Below the pieces are notes generated by a model that worked only from the letters and a program-made list of their open reading frames with translations, was not told where the DNA came from and did no database searches. The position numbers and the translations under genes are program-made. Of a DNA stretch of 64,000 bases, positions 58,214 through 64,000 are shown piece after piece (position 1 is the first letter of the stretch; every line of letters begins with the position of its first letter). The stretch lies in contig CAZPVP010000001.1 in NCBI GenBank assembly GCA_964590345.1, positions 131,954 to 195,953 on the forward strand. The letters are read 5' to 3'. Origin of the DNA: an uncultured Gammaproteobacteria bacterium (lineage in GTDB: Bacteria > Patescibacteriota > Patescibacteriia > CAIXNZ01).

Positions 58214-58837
58214 TTAAAAATTATATTCTGGTGTCTGAAAAATAGTTGCTTTATCAAAAGGCCAACCCCTAATCCAAGCCTTACCAATAATTAAACGTCT
58301 GGGGACCGGACCAAATCTACGAGAATCAAGGCTTGCCTCTCTGTTGTCGCCTAAAACAAAATATTCATTATCTTCCAAAATAAATTCTGTTTTACCCAAA
58401 TGCGGTGTTTCCATATCTTCAAATAAATAAATGTCTTCATCAAGTGGCACCCCATTTGGGAATTGATCATTATAGATAAAAATATCGCCTTCTTTAATCT
58501 TAACTTTTTCATCTGGCAAGCCAACAATCCTTTTTATAAAATATTGACTTGGATCTTTAGGATAACGAAACACTACAATATCGCCTCTTTCCGGCTCATT
58601 AAAACGATAAACTATTTCATTAATAATTAAATATTCATGATCGTGAAAGCTTGGCTCCATAGAAGCGCCTTTGACATAAAAAGGCTGTATAAGAAAATAC
58701 CTGACTGGAATTATAATTGCAAGAGAAATAATAACAACTTTAATAATTTCTACAAAAAATTCCCCTATAGTTCGGCCTAAAGAATCATAGGTTGATTTTG
58801 TTCGCCACTCAAATTGATCATCATTTTTATTAAACAT
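58214..58837 (-). CDS. lepB: Signal peptidase I
   Basis: GASMEPSF (box B, catalytic Ser), IKRIVGLPDEKV (box D, Lys), VLGDNREASLDSRRFG (box E). 207 aa. Confidence 0.9.
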   Translation of the reverse strand: MFNKNDDQFEWRTKSTYDSLGRTIGEFFVEIIKVVIISLAIIIPVRYFLIQPFYVKGASMEPSFHDHEYLIINEIVYRFNEPERGDIVVFRYPKDPSQYFIKRIVGLPDEKVKIKEGDIFIYNDQFPNGVPLDEDIYLFEDMETPHLGKTEFILEDNEYFVLGDNREASLDSRRFGPVPRRLIIGKAWIRGWPFDKATIFQTPEYNF

Positions 58838-59017
58838 TTCTTTTTAATCTAATTAAGATTTAAATAATAAAAATAAAAGCTTAATTATAATTATAAAGAT
58901 TATACCATAAAAAATCAAAGTCATCAAATTCAATTAATTTGAAATTTTTTCTTTTTTTTGGTTAAATATAAAGAGGAAGAATAAACGATACTTTGAAGTT
59001 TTATATTTATTTAAATT

Positions 59018-60409
59018 ATGGAAACGCCCAAAATAAATTTTTTAAACAACTTATTAGATAAAAAAAATAAAAGGAAAAAAAGGATCTTGCCTAAACTGTT
59101 TTTTTATCCTTTAATTTTTTTTATTATTTTTATTCTTGTTTTTTCTTTTCAAATTATTCTATCTGGCGATAGCTTAAGCGAAAGTTTTGAAAAAATTAAT
59201 ATCTTTAGCACTTATGGGCTTTCTTTAAGCAAAGACAAGCCTTTAGCAGGCGAAACTGATGACAGAATCAATGTACTACTTTTAGGTATGGGCGGTTCTG
59301 GCCATCCCGGACCTTATTTAACTGACACTATAATTATTATTTCTTTAAAACCTTCAGAAAATAAAGTTGCAATGATTTCTATCCCACGAGATTTATCAGT
59401 GCCAATTCCGGGCTATGGCTGGCGCAAAATTAATAATGCCAATCATTTCGGGGAATTAAAAGAACCAGGCAAAGGAGGAAAATTTGCCGCTGAAGTTATC
59501 AGTGAAACTTTTGACCTGCCAATACATTACTACGTAAGAATTGACTTTTCGGGTTTTGAAAACTTAATCAATGAATTGGGCGGAATTAAAATACATGTAG
59601 ACAATGATTTTGCTGATTATAAATTCCCGGCTGATAATTACGCCTACCAAACAGTAGCCTTTGAACAAGGCTGGCAAAAAATGGACGGACAAACTGCTTT
59701 GAATTATGCCCGATCAAGGCACGGCACTAATGGAGAAAATTCTGATTTTGCCCGCAGCAAAAGACAGCAAAAAGTCATTCAAGCAGTAAAAGAAAAGGCT
59801 CTTTCTTTTACCACTTTTTTGAGCTACAGAAAAATTTCAGCCATGCTTGACCTTTATCAAGAACACGTAACTACGAATTTAAAAGTCTGGGAAATTTTCA
59901 AATTTGCAAAATTGGCAAAAAACATTGGACAAGAAAACATTAATAATATTGTTCTGGAAAACGGCGCCGATGGCCCCCTTTATTCAACCAATATCAACGG
60001 AGCCTATTTGCTGCTACCTAAAGACATGTCATTTTATCAACTCCAACAAATAGTTAAATATGCCTTTGAACCAGAAAAACAAATTAAAGCAAAAGAACAA
60101 GTCAAAGTAGAGATACAAAATGGCACAAGGATAGAAGGATTGGCTTATCGCACTTCAGTTTATTTAAAAAACAAAGGTTATAAAGTACTCAAAATTAGCA
60201 ATGCTCATGAACAAAATTTTGAAAAAACCGTTATTTTTGATTTTAGCCAAGGCCAAAAATCAGAAGCATTGGCAGATTTAAAAAGTAAATTAAGCGCCAA
60301 TATCTCTCCTGCTATACCTGATTCTTTATTATCCAAATCTGGGATAGATTTTTTAATTATTTTAGGCCAAAATCAAAAAGATGAAACTTCAATTTCCCAA
60401 TTAGATTAA
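59018..60409 (+). CDS. LytR-CpsA-Psr (LCP) family cell-envelope polymer transferase
   Basis: N-terminal TM anchor. RINVLLLGMGGSGHPGPYLTDTIIIISL...ISIPRDL LCP core. C-terminal LytR_C-like region. 463 aa. Confidence 0.85.
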   Translation: METPKINFLNNLLDKKNKRKKRILPKLFFYPLIFFIIFILVFSFQIILSGDSLSESFEKINIFSTYGLSLSKDKPLAGETDDRINVLLLGMGGSGHPGPYLTDTIIIISLKPSENKVAMISIPRDLSVPIPGYGWRKINNANHFGELKEPGKGGKFAAEVISETFDLPIHYYVRIDFSGFENLINELGGIKIHVDNDFADYKFPADNYAYQTVAFEQGWQKMDGQTALNYARSRHGTNGENSDFARSKRQQKVIQAVKEKALSFTTFLSYRKISAMLDLYQEHVTTNLKVWEIFKFAKLAKNIGQENINNIVLENGADGPLYSTNINGAYLLLPKDMSFYQLQQIVKYAFEPEKQIKAKEQVKVEIQNGTRIEGLAYRTSVYLKNKGYKVLKISNAHEQNFEKTVIFDFSQGQKSEALADLKSKLSANISPAIPDSLLSKSGIDFLIILGQNQKDETSISQLD

Positions 60410-60413
60410 AATT

Positions 60414-61781
60414 ATGAAAACCTTACCTCAAGTCATTATTATTGGTAGGGCTAATGTCGGCAAATCTACTCTTTTTAACCGGTTAATTGAAAGACCAAAA
60501 GCTCTTACTTCAAAAACCGCTGGCACAACCCGCGATATTAATATTGGTCGAGTCTATTGGCAAGGTATTAATTTTGAGTTAGTTGATACTGGCGGCATAG
60601 AAACAATTATTACTTCAAAAAAATTAAAAACACTTTCGCCTGCTTTAAACATTGAATTTGCTCAGGATATTATTAAAAAAACTCAAACAGCTTTAAAAAA
60701 AGCTGATTTAATTTTGTTTGTCGTTGATATTCAAAGCGGGCTTTTGCCACAGGATAAAGAATTAGCCGGAGCTATAAAAAAATCAAATAAAGAAATTATT
60801 TTTGTAGCCAATAAAACCGATTCCCCCAAATATAAATCAAATATTTCGGATTTTTACAAACTTGGCTTTGGTGACCCAATTTATGTTTCAGCCTTAAATG
60901 GCTCTGGCACAGGTGATCTTTTGGATTCAATTACAATTAAATTAAAAAAAACAAAAAAAACAAGAAAAACAAAAAAATTTGAAATCGAAAAAGCCATTAA
61001 AATTTCTATTTTAGGCAAACCAAATGTTGGCAAATCCTCACTTTTAAATGCGATTCTGGGTGAAGATCGGGTTATTGTTTCTCCCATTCCTTTTACAACA
61101 CGAGAAACCATTGATACTCATTTAGAATATAAAAAACAAAATTTTATTCTCGTTGATACAGCAGGGATTCGCAAACAAGCAAAAATAAAAAAAGACTTGG
61201 AAAAACTTTCAGTAAAAAAAAGTTTAACAAATGCTAAAAATTCCGATATCTGTTTTTTAGTCATTGATATCTCCAAACCAATTTCGGTTCAGGATAACCG
61301 ATTAAGCCGAATTTTACTTAACGCTCAAGTTAGTATTATTATTGTGGCTAACAAGTGGGATAAAATTGAAGAAAAAGAAACAAAGAGCCAAAAGAAATTT
61401 GAAAATTATATTTATAAAAATTTTCCTTATTTAACCTGGGCACCGATTATTTTTGTTTCTGCCTTAACAGGTAAAAATGCCCATAAAATTCTAGATTTAG
61501 CTTTAAAAGTTTATCAAGCTCGGCAGATTAAAATTTCTGAAAATGCTTTAAATAAATTTTTAAAACAAGCCATAAAAAAGCATAAACCAACTAAAGCCAA
61601 GGGCCTTAAACATCCTCGTCTTTTAAATCTGAAACAAATTAAAACAAATCCGCCTAAATTTGAACTGCGTATTGGCAAAACTGATACATTAAGCCAAGCT
61701 TATCTAAAATATTTAGAAAATGCTTTGCATCAAAAATTTGATTTAATAGGCACACCAATAAAAATAAATCTCAAACAATGA
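60414..61781 (+). CDS. der: Ribosome-biogenesis GTPase Der/EngA (tandem GTPase domains plus KH-like C-terminus)
   Basis: Two G domains: GRANVGKSTLFN / DTGG / NKTD and GKPNVGKSSLLN / DTAG / NKWD. 455 aa. Confidence 0.9.
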   Translation: MKTLPQVIIIGRANVGKSTLFNRLIERPKALTSKTAGTTRDINIGRVYWQGINFELVDTGGIETIITSKKLKTLSPALNIEFAQDIIKKTQTALKKADLILFVVDIQSGLLPQDKELAGAIKKSNKEIIFVANKTDSPKYKSNISDFYKLGFGDPIYVSALNGSGTGDLLDSITIKLKKTKKTRKTKKFEIEKAIKISILGKPNVGKSSLLNAILGEDRVIVSPIPFTTRETIDTHLEYKKQNFILVDTAGIRKQAKIKKDLEKLSVKKSLTNAKNSDICFLVIDISKPISVQDNRLSRILLNAQVSIIIVANKWDKIEEKETKSQKKFENYIYKNFPYLTWAPIIFVSALTGKNAHKILDLALKVYQARQIKISENALNKFLKQAIKKHKPTKAKGLKHPRLLNLKQIKTNPPKFELRIGKTDTLSQAYLKYLENALHQKFDLIGTPIKINLKQ

Positions 61782-62647
61782 AACTGCTCATCATTTACAA
61801 TCCATTGGCTGGTAAAAAAAGTAAAAAAGACCAGCAGATAAAAAATTTTTTTAAAACTTTTAATCTTGAAATTGATTGGCATTATACAACTAAAGGTGCT
61901 TTTACCAAATTAAATCCTAATCATTATGACCGAATTTTTGCTTGTGGTGGCGATGGCACTGTAAAAGAAGCTGCCTCTTGGATTATTAACAATGAAAGCA
62001 AGACTCCATTAGCCATCATTCCCTCTGGAAGCGCTAATATCTTAGCTCTATCATTGGGCATCCCCTTAGATATTAAAAAGGCTTTAAAGCTTGGCTTTAC
62101 TCAAAATATAAAAAAAATTGATGTTGGCTTAATTAATAATCGTCATCATTTTTTAATTGCTGCTGGCTGCGGTTTTGATGCCAAAGTTATAAAAAACGCT
62201 TCCACAAAATCAAAAAAAACATGGGGATTTATTGCTTATATTATTAGTCTTATTTTTAGTTTTTTTAATACTAAAGCTAATAAATTTTTTATAAAAACAA
62301 ATAGTCAGCAACAAACTGTTACTGCTCAAAGTATTTTTGTCTCCAATTTTGCCAGTTTCTTTAATTTAAATTTAAATCCCCAAGCAAAAATTAATGACGG
62401 CTATTTAAATATCAGTATTTTAAAAACTTTAAATATCAGTGACTTAGGCATCTTAATTTATCGTTTATTTACTGGCAATTACCAAAAAGATTGGCGTTAT
62501 GAATATTACACGGCTCAAAATGTTTATATTTTGCCTTTTTATAAAAAAACGCCTATTCAAATTGATGGCGAAGTGGTAGAATTACCTTATTTAGATATTA
62601 AAATTTTATCAAAAGCTTTAAAAATAATTGCTACTAAATTACCTTAA
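61778..62647 (+). CDS. DAGK_cat-family lipid kinase (YegS/BmrU-like)
   Basis: ACGGDGTV is the GGDGT catalytic motif. 289 aa. It overlaps der by 4 nt. Confidence 0.75.
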   Translation: MKLLIIYNPLAGKKSKKDQQIKNFFKTFNLEIDWHYTTKGAFTKLNPNHYDRIFACGGDGTVKEAASWIINNESKTPLAIIPSGSANILALSLGIPLDIKKALKLGFTQNIKKIDVGLINNRHHFLIAAGCGFDAKVIKNASTKSKKTWGFIAYIISLIFSFFNTKANKFFIKTNSQQQTVTAQSIFVSNFASFFNLNLNPQAKINDGYLNISILKTLNISDLGILIYRLFTGNYQKDWRYEYYTAQNVYILPFYKKTPIQIDGEVVELPYLDIKILSKALKIIATKLP

Positions 62648-62683
62648 TTACATATTGCAAATGGCTTATAGCTTAATGGCTGT

Positions 62684-63235
62684 TTGCTATTCGCCAAATC
62701 TATGAAACTTGTCGTCGGATTAGGTAATCCCGGAAAACAATACCAAAATACTCGCCACAATATTGGTTTTGCTGCTCTGGATTTTATCAGAGAGTCTTTT
62801 GATTTGCCAAAATTTAAACTAGATAAAAAATTAAAAGCTGAAATTTCCAAAAACAAAGAAATTATTCTGGCCAAGCCGCGAACCTTTATGAACAATTCAG
62901 GTGAGGCTGTTAGCTTATTGAAAAAATATTATAAAATTAAAATTTCCGATATCATTGTTTTGCGCGATGACGTTGATATTCCTATCGGAAAAATTAAAAC
63001 AAAAAAAGGCTCAAACGGCGCAGGCCATAAAGGCATTCAATCAATTATAAAGCATTTAAAATCAAATGATTTCTGGCAAATAAAAATTGGCGTTGCCAAT
63101 GAAATGATCAGAAAAAAAATCCCGACAGAAAAATTTGTTTTACAAAAGTTTATAAAAGAAGACTTGGAAAAAGCCAAAGAGCTACCCAAAAAAACAATAA
63201 AAGAAATTCAATCAATTATAAATAAAAAAACCTAG
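62684..63235 (+). CDS. pth: Peptidyl-tRNA hydrolase
   Basis: LVVGLGNPGKQYQNTRHNIGF N-terminal signature. 183 aa. Confidence 0.9.
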   Translation: MLFAKSMKLVVGLGNPGKQYQNTRHNIGFAALDFIRESFDLPKFKLDKKLKAEISKNKEIILAKPRTFMNNSGEAVSLLKKYYKIKISDIIVLRDDVDIPIGKIKTKKGSNGAGHKGIQSIIKHLKSNDFWQIKIGVANEMIRKKIPTEKFVLQKFIKEDLEKAKELPKKTIKEIQSIINKKT

Positions 63236-63253
63236 TCATACGACTAGATTTTT
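63224..63253. terminator. Bidirectional rho-independent terminator candidate (serving pth on the plus strand and tRNA-Pro on the minus strand)
   Basis: aaaaaaaC CTAGTC atac GACTAG atttttg. It is a 6-bp stem with a 4-nt loop. The plus strand has an A-run upstream and a T-run downstream, so both strands read stem plus T-run. Confidence 0.45.
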
Positions 63254-63257
63254 GAAA

Positions 63258-63353
<96 letters not shown>

Positions 63354-63362
63354 ATTTTGAAA

Positions 63363-63530
63363 TTAGCGGCAAAAAATTGCCAAATAAAGTTTGTAAGGGA
63401 CAAGGAAATAATACTTTCCCCATTTAAAGGGATCGTAAATTTCATAACCTGTTAAGGCTCTAGCCATACAGGCTAAACCAATAATAATCACTCCTCCCCA
63501 AAACCAGGCGCTAATTATTGCTATCAGCAA
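63363..63530 (-). CDS. Hypothetical 55-aa hydrophobic small protein (TTG start), hand-called
   Basis: AAGGAGG lies 6 nt upstream of the TTG. Translation: (M)LIAIISAWFWGGVIIIGLACMARALTGYEIYDPFKWGKYYFLVPYKLYLAIFCR. It has one predicted TM helix. It lies between the structured upstream region and tRNA-Pro. It is not in the ORF track because it is shorter than 60 aa with a non-ATG start. Confidence 0.3.
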   Translation of the reverse strand: MLIAIISAWFWGGVIIIGLACMARALTGYEIYDPFKWGKYYFLVPYKLYLAIFCR

Positions 63531-63867
63531 AGTACACCTCCTTATTAATTTAATATCCAGAGTACTACCTACCAGCGTAGAGTTCTTAGCACTAGGCTAA
63601 TGGCCCTAACTTGTGGCAAATCAGGAGAAGGAGGGACCTCCCTCATTGCCGGCTGGCAAGGTAGAAATCTGGATACTAATATTTTAACATTATAGCACAA
63701 TAGCTGACCTTTGTCAAACACGTTTTTCACATCTGATTGGTTTGAATATCCGCTAACTTTCCTGAATATCTCTTTTTGCCTTGTTTCATCTTGATTTATA
63801 TACCCGATTTCTCCTAATCTCATTCTTTATTTCTCTTCTTTCTCCAATATGCTAATATTATTAAAGT

Positions 63868-64000
63868 ATGAAACAAGATTCAAAATACTGGATTGCTTTT
63901 TCGCAATTTGCAAAAATCGGTCCAAATCGCTTTAAAAAATTATATACTTATTTCCCTTCACTGAAAGAAGCCTGGCAAGCTTCTTTATTAGAGTTGCAAC
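63868..64000 (+). CDS. dprA: DNA processing protein DprA (Smf), N-terminal fragment; the gene continues beyond the window end.
   Basis: ATG at 63868. Translation MKQDSKYWIAFSQFAKIGPNRFKKLYTYFPSLKEAWQASLLELQ matches the DprA N-terminal SAM/HhH-like region (W.AL....GIG..RF..L...F.S...AW.AS..EL). Confidence 0.5.
   Translation, partial: MKQDSKYWIAFSQFAKIGPNRFKKLYTYFPSLKEAWQASLLELQ

Noticed and set aside
63553-63680. I tried to identify the structured GC-rich segment as SRP (4.5S) RNA, tmRNA, RNase P RNA or a second tRNA
   Set aside because: It has no GGAAGCAG-type SRP helix-8 motif, no tRNA-like GGTTCGAATCC T-arm, and no RNase P GGAAAGTCCGG box. Its identity is left open and it is reported only as an unexplained structure.
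63569-63823. 84-aa minus-strand ORF
   Set aside because: It spans the GC-rich structured region. Its sequence (…REVPPSPDLPQVRAISLVLRTLRW) is not protein-like, and it has no RBS. The region is more likely RNA or regulatory.

Overview
This is a 64 kb window of low-GC (~30%) DNA that I infer comes from a reduced Patescibacteria/CPR-type genome. Genes are tightly packed, and almost everything before 58.8 kb is on the minus strand. UGA appears to be a stop codon: an intact RF2 (prfB) gene is present, and the small ORF I call at 25313..25453 ends in TGA. Two large accessory loci flank a housekeeping core. Locus A (1-16.0 kb) looks like a Gram-positive/CPR-style type IV secretion (T4SS) module. It encodes a VirB4-like ATPase that is split by tandem in-frame stop codons, a PrgI/VirB3-like membrane protein, two acidic coiled-coil proteins, and a VirB6/TrbL-like polytopic protein with a GC-rich Arg/Gly-rich segment. 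It also encodes a 2647-aa cysteine-rich secreted giant and a membrane-anchored protein with TSP3-like calcium-binding motifs. The core (16-32 kb) encodes rsmA/ksgA, DUF2304, a ROK kinase, a GH13 glycosidase, a GT2 glycosyltransferase, prfB, a four-helix-bundle protein flanked by repeats, htrA, an Ogt C-terminal domain, nrdG-nrdD-nrdR, ftsA-ftsZ, dgkA and ybeY. The nrdD gene lacks its glycyl-radical tail, which is instead encoded by a separate 46-aa ORF. Locus B (32-55.8 kb) encodes membrane-anchored proteins with hexanucleotide-repeat low-complexity regions and TSP3/DUF1566 domains, plus a 1604-aa giant with Myxococcus-type cysteine-rich repeats. It also holds three consecutive genes, one of them 3771 aa, that share an N-terminal VirB2/TrbC-like pilin module. 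That module is fused to different extracellular domains (IPT/TIG, LamG, Cys-rich). This pilin-fusion set together with Locus A is the main candidate for an under-described cell-surface/T4SS-like system. The 3' end holds yqeY-rpsU-hisS-lepB on the minus strand and an LCP gene, der, a lipid kinase and pth on the plus strand. After these comes a minus-strand tRNA-Pro(UGG) carrying a 22-nt near-palindromic insertion in its T-loop. A second copy of that palindrome lies in the ftsA-ftsZ spacer. All coordinates I derived by hand may be off by 1-2 nt.
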